From NCBI GenBank assembly GCA_964057225.1, contig OZ059896.1, positions 15,128,001-15,192,000 on the forward strand: a DNA stretch of 64,000 nt, read 5' to 3'. Positions within the stretch are counted from its first letter, which is position 1; every line of letters starts with the position of its first letter. The notes under the pieces were generated by a model. The model ran no database searches. It had not been told where the DNA came from and was given only the letters and a program-made list of their open reading frames with translations. This document shows positions 40,248-52,255 of this stretch, in pieces. The DNA is from Auanema rhodensis (lineage: Eukaryota > Animalia > Nematoda). Made by a program: the position numbers and the translations under genes.

Positions 40248-43200
40248 ATGGAGTGGGTATCCAGTAGTGGGGATGGGTACGATCCACGAGCTTTAGCCAC
40301 CACCAATGGATTGGTATGAGCAGCAAGCTACATTCTGTCATTTAACTCTTTGTAGGGCCATCAACCAAATAGAGCCGGACCCTCAACTGACGATATACAG
40401 CAGTCAGGTCCAACAAATGATTGTATTGCTGATATTCGTGTTTTAGCTCAGACCGTAAGTAACGAAGTTGATAGCATTTCCTTGAGCCCCTGTTCCAGGT
40501 TGATATTACAAACATTAACTTCGTCGAAGAGTCATTTAAAGTACACACAGAAATAACAGTTATACCACTATTACCTGATATTACTGTAATACAACTGCAC
40601 TTAGGAAAATGTTAGTATTTTTCAAAATAACGAGCCGTTTCATCAATACTTTCAGATGCTTTACTTCCATCAGAAGTTAGTTATGAGAATATCGGTAAAA
40701 TAACAGTGAACGGTTGTTCTGCTACATACGATAGAAGAGATCCGTATCAAGTATGTTATTTATTTAATTTTTAAAATGATCTGTCGTTTAGAGTAGTTAT
40801 AGAAATGTAAATAACGGAAATATGTCAGATTTGTTCCGGTGTGTTGCTAGTAATATGAGGAATGATGATTGTAAATTTATTAGTGGTACTTTAGTACATG
40901 ACTTTTCTGCTTTTTAGCTCAACTGCATATTATCATTCCTGCCGAGTTATCTTCCAGAGCCAAATCAATGTCTTCCCTAGTTATAGCCATAGATATTTTA
41001 GTTTGCAAGCCAAAAACGGTTAGTTCTTATTGTTGTTTCATTGTACCTTAATTGCTTCAGGGTATTCAATTCTGTTATTCTTTTGGTCGTGACGGAAGTC
41101 TAGAAAAAGGAGCTCATGTATTTACGTACAAAAGTGCTCTTCTTTCTGGTAAGAAGTGTTTTATAATCTAGATCTTAATTTTATACTGTAGCTACTCATG
41201 AATGGTTACCATGTCTGGATGCACCAGACCAACTAGCATTATGGAGATTCAATATTACTTGTGATGCTAATCATACTGCGGTAGCAAGTGCTGAGCTCAT
41301 TGTAAGTATTAGAAAGAACATTACCTGCTTCATAAAAAACTTTCCAGGATGTTGTGTTCTCTTCAGATCTCAAAAAGAAAATTTACCAGTATCAACAGGC
41401 TGTGCCTACAGCTGCATGTAATATGGGGTGGGCAGTAGGCCACTTCATAACCTATGGCCATCCTGATATGACTGAGGTATAAAATGAAGAAATATTATTA
41501 TAATTTTGAATACAGGTTACTAGTTTCTGTTTGCCTGGACTTCTCGCTCTTATGAAGCATGTTATTTCACCTTTAGATAAAATTTTGGAATATTTTGAAG
41601 AACTTTTATCTTGTAGGTATCCATTCCCCTCATATAAGCAAATTTTTGTGGACAAAGTAAGCCTATTTCTAGTTCCTTTCTTCTATAATTGTTTTATTGT
41701 AGGCTCCGGATGAAGTAACATCTTATAGCAGTCTTACCATTTTTTCTGTAAATATTTTGTTTCATAAGAAAATTATTGATGTTGTCCAGGTATTTATTTC
41801 AATTATTCAATATTTTAGAAATTTTATTAGGAAACTAGAGCACATCTCTCCGTAGGCGTAGCACAACAATTTTTTGGTTGTTTCATATCACCAGCGCATT
41901 GGTTAGAGTGGTGGGTTCCCAAGTCTTTATCGAGGTATGCTTTATTTTAATAGCAAAAAAATTTATTTTTCAAAAGATGAAAATTAATAGTTTTGTGTTC
42001 ATCGTTTTTATTTGTGCAATATCTTAATGAAACTTCTCTAGGCTGATCTCTTCATTGTATATAGAAAAAGTGTTCGGAAATAGTGAATTTATGTATCAAA
42101 TTAAAAAATATATGTCTGAAGTCATAGATTTCGAATCTCAATGGGGGAAAGTAAGAGTTCTAAATCATTTTCTATAATAAACTCATTTCTAGATTTTCCT
42201 TCGTTCTCAAAATAATAATGTTCAACGAACGAACCTTCATTGCGATCCAAGATTCGAGACTGCATGCTCACCCTTGTATGCTGAGGCATCTTGGAAAAAA
42301 GGTCTGTTAATTCTCCGAATGCTTCTGAAGCGCATTGGGCATGAACCATTCTTCCAAGTTCTTCATAAAATTCTCACTGTTGGACACCAGAGTAGTGAAC
42401 GACGTGATAAACCTGCCTCTTGGGCTCATATGGTATTATATTTAATCAATATAGCTTATAGTGATACCGTTTCAGGTTTTATCAACTGATACATTTTTCC
42501 GAACTGTCACAAGTGTAACCGGTAATGAGATTCCAACTTTTCTCGAACAATGGATTTGCGCAGGAGGTCACGCTTCTTTTCAGGTTAGATATATAGTTGT
42601 GGAAATAAATAAAAAAAACTTTTTTTTCAGCTTCAATATACCTTCAACCGAAAAAGAAATATGATTGAGTTAGAGGTGAAGCAGGATATAAATGAAGGGA
42701 ATGGCAGATTGCGGTTAGATATTTTTTGATTTTGAAGAAATTAATGTTGAAGTTTAGATATGTTGGGCCATTAATAGTTGTTGTTCAAGAGCTCGATGGA
42801 TCATTCCAACATACAGTACAAATAGATGGAGATATATCTCGATCTGATCTACAATGTCATTCCAAAGGCAGAAGACAAAAACGAGTTTTCTTTTTATTCA
42901 TTTTAAAAATTATTTTAAATTTGTAGAAAAAAGTGCCATTGTATACAGGAGAAGAAGTTGAAGTAGATTTATCGAATATGGATCCTGATTCTCCCGTTCT
43001 TTGGATTAGAGCTGACCCTGAGCACTTATTACTTAGGCAACTTTTGATTCGACAGCCAATTTATCAATGGGAATATATGCTCAAGTATGAAAGAGATGTT
43101 ATTGCTCAATTAACTGTAAGTATCTTGAGTTTTATCATTCAAAATATGTTTTGGAATGAAATAAATTTAGGCGTTAGATCATGTTCAACAATTTCCCAGT

Positions 43201-44717
43201 GCTCAAAGTAGAACAGTATTATTAGAAATTATTTCCGGTGATCACTTCTTTTACAGGTTTGCAATTTGTTTTTACTTCTTATTTCTATAAATTCAATGTT
43301 TAAGAGTTCGGTGCAAATCAGCATATGCGTTGTCTACAGTTCTCAATAGAATGACAGAAACATGGTCCGGACAGCCTGATCTTATTGAAATGTTCAAGTA
43401 AGTATTTTTTTCTCATAATTTTCAAAATGAACCTTAGAAAGCAATATGGATCGAAATCTTGTGCTCATGTACCCAAACCGAACAATTTTGTTGCCACTTC
43501 ACAAAATCTACAACAATATTTCCTTATGCAGGTCCTGAATTTTATGGGCTTTAAAATATATTGTAATGATTTTTTTAGGCTCTGCCTCAAGCAGCTGCTA
43601 ATATGCGCAATCAAGCTGGATCTTGTTTGAGTGATGTCAAGGATTTTATCCTCGATCTTTTGAGATTCAATGATAATTCCACTAATCGGTATTTTCAAAA
43701 CAAATATGAAAATTATATTCAACTGATTTCAGATATGCTGATGATCACTATAAAGCAGCTCTCTTAAAGGCACTAGCAAACACTATTGTCCAATCCCCCA
43801 ATCATGCCCTCCCCACTTCTCCTGGAGATTTAACACCCGATACTATCAGAATTCTTCAAGAGTTAACTCTTGCTTTAAATATGGACACTTTGAAGCCAAG
43901 TTATGGAAGAATAGTAGGAATCACAGCTTTGAATGGAATTTATCAGGTGGCTTCTGCTTTTTTGGCCATTATCACAAATGAGCTTTCAGCTTCAACGTTT
44001 CAACTATTTGCCACAAGATTCAAAGATTTTTTGGATGTTTGCAGTCCCCAAGATATGTGTTCAAGTAGTATCTATATTGTTTTTCTTTGTTGATATATCT
44101 TTGTAGATGAGAATTGCTGCTTTAACAATTCTAATCGAGCGTGTTTCAACGGTAAAAGATCGAACAGCCCATGAGGATTTGGAACGATTGCTAGACACAG
44201 CTGAACATGATCTTGACCCTACTGTTAGATTGTTTATCCCATATCAGTTGACACAGGTTCCTCCTTTTCGGACGAGCAATAAGTATTATTGTTTTGCTGC
44301 TTACATTCCTCCTACACATATTTTTCAGTACCGATTACTCTAGTATTAATCCTTGTAACACTGTGGAAATTGCCGACAAAATTTTCAGACTGATCCAAAG
44401 AGCAGAGGTATATATCATATTTCCTATTTTGCTTACAATGCAACTCTTCCAGGATGTTCGAGCTCGAATGTTGTTTGCGGATGTGTATTTCTCTCTTTAT
44501 GGTTTGGGTATGTTGTCTTACAGTTTCCTACTGATTGCAATCTTTTCTTTCAGCTGTTCCTCCTGTTAAAGGTGGCCCAGCTATTGCTCCTGGACATCAC
44601 CGTTTATATACCGGCAGTAATGCTGTTAGTGGTTTCCTTTCAAGTACATTGGATGATGATAGACCTGATTCTCCATTACGAAATCAAGATTCTCTCATGG
44701 AAGATATGCTGAATTAA
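40248..44717 (+). CDS. taf-2: TFIID subunit 2
   Basis: RVLAQT|VDITNINF, WLPCLD, YFEELLSCRYPFPSYKQIFVD, AQQFFGCFI, FNRKRNMIELEV, QCHSKGRR, PDSPVLWIRADP, ERDVIAQ, LRFNDNS. Confidence 0.95.
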
Positions 44718-44922
44718 AAATTTTGTTGTTTATTGTTATATCTTTTTCATCGGTTCGTATTAACGTACTACTATCAGGTTGCTAGTCAACAGTAAAAATG
44801 GATATTTTTATTTTTATGATAAAAAAGTTTTTACTAGTGTTTGTGTTTTAGACTTAACGTTAACAACAATCGAAATATCTGTTTTTCTAACACCACATTT
44901 GATTTACAAAGTTATTTTGAGA

Positions 44923-45625
44923 ATGGATGACAGCAGTTCTCCAGAAACACCATCGGCTGAAGCTCCCGTGGATAATCAAGAGACTTTTGTGGCAGAAGAC
45001 CTAGAGGTAGTGTCGTAGCAATCTACCTTGAATAAAATGATTATTGAGAATTTATAGGAACGAATACGAGAAAGTTTTCGTATTTCTTCTAGAGCTGAAA
45101 GCAGATCTGAAAATCTCTCGCTTCCTGATCCTACGGTTTGTTCATTTATTTCCTATGCTATTATCTATTAGGGTTCTAATATATAGGTTCTTGCTGATCT
45201 AGAAGTTCATGCACGTGGTATAGCTTCTAATCTTGATAACATGCTACGAGAATTGAGGTTTTACTTGATGAAATCAATGTTTTTTTTAACTTTTCATTAG
45301 GGGATCACTACACGGGATGAGTGACTTAACACTTGAATCAATGGAATGTTACAAAGGAGCTATAAGTGAAGCTTGCGATTCGGCTGATGCAAACGTTCGC
45401 TCAACCTATGCTGTAAGTCGAAAGTAAACAAAAATATCTCAATCAGTATTGCAGATGCTAGCTAAAATGGAAGAAGTAAATCAGGCTATGAGCAATGTTT
45501 CTAAAGTCTCAAGTGACATGTAAGAGTTTATTCCCCGTTGATTATCAAATCTATTTAATTTCAGTAAAGAAATGAGGAGACTAATTGAACTTTTTGAAAC
45601 TTTATTTCAAGGCTCATTGAAATAA
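44923..45625 (+). CDS. BORCS6: BORC subunit 6 (lyspersin/C17orf59)-like coiled-coil protein, 6 exons
   Basis: PDPT|[24 protein letters not shown]|[10 protein letters not shown]...[13 protein letters not shown]|[12 protein letters not shown]...[11 protein letters not shown]. Confidence 0.8.
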
Positions 45626-45731
45626 ATTATTTATAGATTAACACTAAACTTGATCTCATTCTCTGCGGTTAAATCAGTTGTAAATCAGTTAAACTAGTCG
45701 TATAAATTTTATTTTAATTGTAAAATATATT

Positions 45732-46387
45732 TTACTCTTGTTCGAAGTTATCGCCATCTTCTTCAATACTTGAATTATTGTAATGAATGTTTTGTTTATG
45801 ACGACGGCATACTGATCTTGATGCAAATTTTTTTCCACAATTTCTGCATTGGTAGGGAAGAATCTTAAAACTTTAAAAATGAATAAAAAAAAGATTAACA
45901 ATGACTTGTTTATGTTGCCTAACATGAATTTTATATTGCTCACTAATATCAAATCCTGCATTACATTCAGTACATATGAATCTGTAAACGAAAGTGTGAA
46001 CCAATCGTTATGGAAAATTCAAACCTCTTCTTCTCATTGTGTGTTCTTTCATGTTTTCGTAGAGCCGTCAGCGATTTATACGTTTTTTTGCAATTTTCAC
46101 ACTCGAAGCTAAAATGAAAAAAAATCCTCTCAACCATTCTCTAAATTTCTACGTCTTAAGACCGTGTGCGTTTCGAATATGTCTCTTCAGGTGGTCGTTT
46201 GATATAAATGATTTTTCGCAATTTTCTTCTGTGCATACAAAGGTTTTTCTAAATTCGTTGAATTTGTGTTAAACTTCGAAATGTCAACTTACTTCTCTGT
46301 GTGAATCCTGTTATGAATTTGTAAATTTTCTTTTCGCGTAAATAGTAATCCACATTGTTTACATTGCAATGTGCTATCATTTGACAT
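45732..46387 (-). CDS. Small C2H2 zinc-finger protein, 5 fingers in 5 exons (about 165 aa)
   Basis: MSNDSTLQCKQCGLLFTRKENLQIHNRIHTEK|KTFVCTEENCEKSFISNDHLKRHIRNAHGLKT|FECENCKKTYKSLTALRKHERTHNEKKR|FICTECNAGFDISEQYKIHVRQHKQ|ILPYQCRNCGKKFASRSVCRRHKQNIH...EQE*. Four in-phase GT-AG introns. Confidence 0.92.
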
Positions 46388-46400
46388 CCTTTATTTCAGG

Positions 46401-47924
46401 ATGGAAGTTGAAGGAAAATTCTGCAGCGGATCTGGGTGCGATAAACCAGCCAAACTGAGATGTCCTACTTGTATTAAATTGACTTTGGAAGACGCATTTT
46501 TCTGTGATCAGGTACGTGTTTTTCCCTTCGATATATCACACTCACTATCCTCATCTCCAATTTTTATTGAACAACGTTTAGACTTGTTTTAAATCCAATT
46601 GGGCTCATCATAAGTCTGTTCATATTGATCTGAATGCACCATACAATCCATGGCCATATTATTCGGTATGTTCTTTTCTTCCCAAGTTTGTTTCTCTATT
46701 TTTATTGTTTTAGTTTACTGGACCTTTGCGTCCAGCTCGATTGACACCAAAGAGAACAGTTCCAGAGGCTATCCCCAGACCTGATTATGCTCTACACCCA
46801 GAAGGTGTTTCCTTTGAAGAGCGTCACGCCAAAGCTAATAAAGTTGTCAAAGTAAATTAGATATTCATTGTACTGATCATAACAAGTAATATATAGGTTC
46901 TCGACGAAGAGGAAAAGGAAGGTTTACGACTTGCTTGCAAGCTTGGACGAGAAGTTCTTAACGAGGCTGCTATGGCTTGTGCTCCAGGTGTTACAACTGA
47001 TGAGATTGATAGAGTAGTGCATGAAGCATGTATTGAACGCGATTGTTATCCTAGCCCCCTTGGGTATTTTTAGATTATTTAACAGTCCTTATATTTTTTT
47101 TTCAGATACTATAAGTTCCCTAAGAGTTGTTGTACTTCAGTTAATGAAGTTATTTGTCATGGAATTCCTGATCTAAGAAAGCTGGAAGATGGAGACCTTT
47201 GCAATGGTAAAATAGCTAGCTTAACTATTCTTTCTACAATACTATATGTTTAGTGGATGTAACAGTGTATCACAGAGGCTTCCATGGAGATTTAAACGAA
47301 ACTTTCTTTGTTGGCGAAAAAGTTGATGAAGAATCAAGAAAACTTGTCCAAGTAACATATGAATGTCTTTCACAAGCTATTGCTATAGGTTTCAACATTG
47401 TCCAGATTGATTATTCTAACACAAGTAACAATTGCAGTTAAACCAGGAGTAAAATTCCGTGAGATTGGAAATGTTATTCAGAAACATGCAAATGCTCATG
47501 GCTTCTCTGTCGTCAAATCCTATTGTGGACATGGTATTCACCGCTTGTTCCATACCGCTCCCAATGTGCCTCATTATGGAAGTATGTGTAGCGAAAGGAA
47601 TTTTAATGCTTTGCTTTGAACTTTTTTTCAGAAAACACTGCTACAGGTGTTATGAAAGAAGGAAACGCCTTCACTATTGAGCCAATGATCAATGCCGGTT
47701 TATACAACGACTCTCAATGGCCTGATAACTGGACTGCCGTTACTGTACGTTGTTTTTCGTAAAACATCATCATAGTCTTTAATTTGTTGCAGAAAGACGG
47801 AAAACGCTCAGCTCAGTTTGAACAAACGTTGTTAGTCACTGATACAGGTTGCGAAATTCTCACTGCTAGAAAAACTGGACAACCGTGGTTCATGGACCAA
47901 ATCGCAGAAAAATACTCAAAATAA
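46401..47924 (+). CDS. map-1: Methionine aminopeptidase 1
   Basis: N-terminal zinc finger C..GC...AKLRCPTC...FFCDQ|TCFK..W..HK, then [59 protein letters not shown]. Confidence 0.97.
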
Positions 47925-47952
47925 GGATAATATAACAATTTTTAAAAAAAAG

Positions 47953-47983
<31 letters not shown>

Positions 47984-48122
47984 ACGTTGTTGTTGGTTTT
48001 TTCCGTAATAAATTACAGTTTTTATTAAATATTATTCCAGTTGTGTTACAAGCCACATTCTACTTAAACAATTTTTTCAACAATTGCTTCATATTTTTTG
48101 CAGCGTTACAATAAATAACAGC

Positions 48123-51100
48123 ATGAGTAAATGTGCCATCGTACAGAAATTACTTGATGATAATGATTACAAAGGTAGCAACTTGAACATTGAACAAAGA
48201 GTCAAATTTGTCGTTTTATTACAGCATATGAAGACCATCTTAGACGATTTTGTAGTCAGTGCGCCATGACTCAATTGAAAAATAAGTTCAATAGATTTGA
48301 GATATTCCCAGAAGGACCGTCATGGCTCAGTATAGCTAATATCATTTCTATATTCCAATATTACTGTCATTTAGGAAAGGTTGAAAGTTTGGAACAAACG
48401 GAACCTGAAAACATGGAACCAGAAAAAAAAAAGATGAAAAAAAATAAACAAGATGTTTATAAAATCTATTTCTACCTCAAGTATATGTTATCGAATTTAG
48501 ATTATTAAGCGTGTGATCGCTCCAGAAGATGTTGATAACCACTTGGCTCAGTGTGTTATATCAGGAATGAATGAAAATCTCATTCTGCTAGAAATCAGAA
48601 AGCATAAAGGACTAGATAAGTAAGATGATATTAGCTACAAAAAAGTTGTGATTTTTTCTCTAGGGTAGCTGCTCGTGAACTTTCAGTTGAATTGCTGTCA
48701 AAGCATTCAGATGAGAGAAAGAAATGTTTCTTACAATCGAAACAAGCATCTGGAGAACAAATAGAATTACCAAAGAAAGGAAAAGTGTTTAACGTTTGTT
48801 TTCAAGAATAGTTTTTTATTCTAAAAATGTTTTGATTTAAAGGAGAAGTCTAATCTTCCATGGTCTCCATTTCCAAGAATAGGCTTCGAAGAACTTCCTT
48901 CGGTATTTTCATTTTTAACGACTTATAAGTAAAAGATTTCCTTTAGCAATTTAAAGATGATAAGCAAAAACGCTATTTGTCTATTATATCCAGCTTACTA
49001 CAAACGGGCACAACTCGTTTTGAATCTAACAATATGGATTTAAAAGTACAGTATTTATTTACGTATTACCTCAATTATAACATTTTAAGAATTTCAATGC
49101 ATTGGCTGTTGAGGAAAGAAATCAGTTTGCTGCGAAAGTTATTGCTTTTTTCAAGTCTCACTGCGAAAATGCTGTGAAGCCTTATGCAAATCCTTTAGTG
49201 AATCTCTCTCGGGGAGCTCACGATGCTATTCATGTATTTTATCGGACTTGTTAATATTATATATCCATCTTTATGTTATAGAGAAGGCAAAAAAAGCGAT
49301 GGCAACATGATAATTCTATATTCTCGTCTGCTCCTCTTAAGGCTATTCAAAAATTTTTGAACTTTTTGAAAATGTATATTTAAGGAAATTAATTTGGAAG
49401 CAATTCATTATAATCCCGAAGATGTAGATAGTGTTCCTACCCCAACATCTCTATTGATACCTGGCAGAAATGAACAATTTTGTGTTGGCTTTCCCATCAT
49501 TTAATTCTTTAAATTTGACAATTTTAGCTTCCAAATTTACAACTTAAATGTAGTTTAAATATCAGGACTATTGGTGATAATTATCCTCCGATTTGTACTT
49601 ACATGTCTCCGATTTTCGACGATGAGGTACAAGATTTTTTTTTCGTTTTCATTAGCTTCGCTACAGGTAGCATTAAGTCTTTGTCAAGAAAACTTAATTA
49701 AATTTGCTATGGATGCTACAACTGCTTGTCATTTGATGTGTGATTCTTTCACTGGTCTAGACTATAAATATGCTATTCCTGTGAATGTAGTTCGAGAAAT
49801 GTATAAAGGTTTGCATACAAATTCTCAAAATTTATGATATTAGCATGTTTATACAGGCGACTGGCATACATGTATATTTTTGGATAAACCTCGAATCATA
49901 GGAAAAGTTCGGAATTCCTGTATCACTCGTAAACTTCTGAAAGCCACTATGAAAGCTCAATTTGTAAAGCATAACAGGAAAGGTTAACTATTTTGGGAAT
50001 TATTGTTAAATATAGTCATATACGCTTCATTCTAGAACGAGCCAAGATCTCACAGAGGAAAAATAAAAAAGCAGACCAAGAAGTCCAGGGAGGAGAAAAG
50101 AAAAACGAGGACAGCCAGTAGGAATTGATTGATATTTATATCATTTTAAAAGATTTATAGGACTTATAATGATCCCTTCGACAACATAATGTCAGCTATA
50201 ACAGATAAAACCGATAAACACAACAAAATATCATCTGGAACAGGTTTTTGATTCCTAAATATTCCATGAAAAGCAACTGAATTGCCAAAACTTTCAGGGA
50301 AACGATACACGTCATTCGGAATAGGCATGCATCAAGTTATTATAAGGAGTACTCCTCCATATCAAGCAACAGGATGTGCATCAAAGCTCATTCAAGGTCA
50401 CACGATAACAGCTCAGCCATTCCAGGAGATTCTTCCATCTTTCTCCGCGATGGTGAATAATAATGAATAGCAACTCTCTCCCCTTCTTTATATATATATA
50501 TATATATATACAGGAACGTATTCTTACAGGCAGTGGGAAGTGAAGAGTCCCTTTGGAATGAGCTCAAAAAAATTTTCAAACAATCAGATATGAGTGTTCT
50601 TTTACGGATGATGTTGGAAAAGCGTATAACTGAGTAAGAATCATCAAAAAATTATCTTAATCAATTTTTTTCTCAGTAACGACATTCACGTTCTGCAAGT
50701 TCAGCCGAGAATTAATGTATTATCTTCAAATATAGAGGAGGATCATTTCACTATGAAACGATTGTATATTCTCTTTTTTAATTGAACTTAATACGTCTTT
50801 CTAGACTAGCTGAAAGAACTAAACGGATGAAAGTAATATTGTCATCGTTAGAACCTTTGATACCTGGAAGGTTTGTTGTTTAATTTTCAGAAAAAAAAAC
50901 AATAATTCTCTGAATCTAAATCTAAATCAAAATATGCTGGTGCTCGTTGAAGTTTTAACCGATCTGAAGTTCAAAGTACAAAAAAAAATAGTCAGTATTC
51001 CTCATGACACACGTGGAATGCAAAAGGTCACGTATGACTCATTGCCTGAGTCACCAGTGCTTGACCATTAGTGAACTTAATTTAGTAATGCATCGGTGTA

Positions 51101-51824
51101 TTGTCCGAAATATATTTAGTAATTAAAAAGTAATTAAAAAGAAATTGGAAAAAATTATTTTAATAATTATTTATTTTAATTTGATTTTGAAAAAAAATAC
51201 ATCACATGAATATATGATTTGATTTATCTGAACCATACAATATCTATTCTCAGGTATATGATTATCAATGACAGAGATAACAAATTAAAGATACTACAAG
51301 AAACGGACGAAAAAACCAGGTATATCATTTTGTTATTACATCTATATTATTTTATACTACAGCGATACTTTCCCGACATCTCGAGACTATACAACTGGGG
51401 CTGAGCCTCAACATATCGAGGATGTATTTTTAGGTTTTGAAAGGAAAGTACCATTGCAGTGGCAGGTATGACATCGTTACAAACTTTGACTCAATTTTTC
51501 ATTCAGATTATTGGATTTATGGCTCCGGGCTGTTTTTTGAGTGAAACCAAAATAATTAAAGTAGGCGCAGCGGGAAAGAAGATCAATAATGCCAGAAGGG
51601 GCTCTATGGCTAATAATGGTAATAATAATAACGGCAAGGGCGGCAAAGGCAAGCGGAAGAGTATAAAGCAGAATAGAAAGAGCTCAGAATTTTCAATGGC
51701 ACCACATAAGTTTGATGTACTCCTAATCTAATTCTCTAACCATTTTCATTTCAGTGGCGCTTCTCGTGAGCCTTCATTTTCCCCCATTCCACAGGATGAT
51801 GGCCCCCCACCTCCTGTTTTATGA
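48123..51824 (+). CDS. ICE2: ICE2/NARG2-like little elongation complex subunit, multi-exon
   Basis: Hand-spliced segments are collinear with remembered ICE2: SQF...QKRYL; DEVALSL...YAIPVNV...IFLDKP; NARG2_C-like RYTSFGIG..QVIIRS; SEESLWNELK; LSSLEPLIPGRYMI; VPLQWQ|IIGFMAPGCF. Confidence 0.68.
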
Positions 51825-52255
51825 ATATAGTTATCACATCTCTTCCCTCTCTAGATGCCATTATTTATTATTCTTAGTTTTCTTATTTCTCTTCCCTCGG
51901 ATTTATATCGTCATTCTTCCCTCGAAAGTTTTACTGATCTCCTTTATATCATGATGTACCGCTCCTGTCATAAATATTCAGTTATAATACGATTCGAATT
52001 TAGTTAAATTATAAAAATAGATGTATGTATATGGAAAGCCTAGAAATTGCATAAAAACATGATGAAAAATATAAGAACGCAATAACAATATAGCACACCA
52101 TTTCAAAAATACCCATAAATACGAGACGCTTTGCAAACGCATTCGGAAGGGGCACTGAGAAATGAAAGAACACAGGACACGCGACGATGGAGCAAAAAGT
52201 TACCGGCATTCGACAAAGTGTGGGTATGATTGAGAAATAAGAATATATTTCTTGG

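Noticed and set aside
40447-40454. Apparent 8-nt microexon in taf-2 (TTTTAG|CTCAGACC|GTAAGT)
   Set aside because: The upstream exon reads through without a stop as DIRVLAQT, which fits the TAF2 N-terminal strand, so no extra intron is needed.
45689-46112. Track ORFs 45689-45961 (-) and 45849-46112 (+)
   Set aside because: Wrong-frame and antisense readings of the spliced zinc-finger gene.
50912-50980. AATCTA x2.7 as a telomerase template and GTTTTAACC as an SL2 exon
   Set aside because: The repeat does not match the usual nematode TTAGGC template and is likely by chance in AT-rich DNA. The SL2 similarity is only 9 nt, without the rest of the leader.
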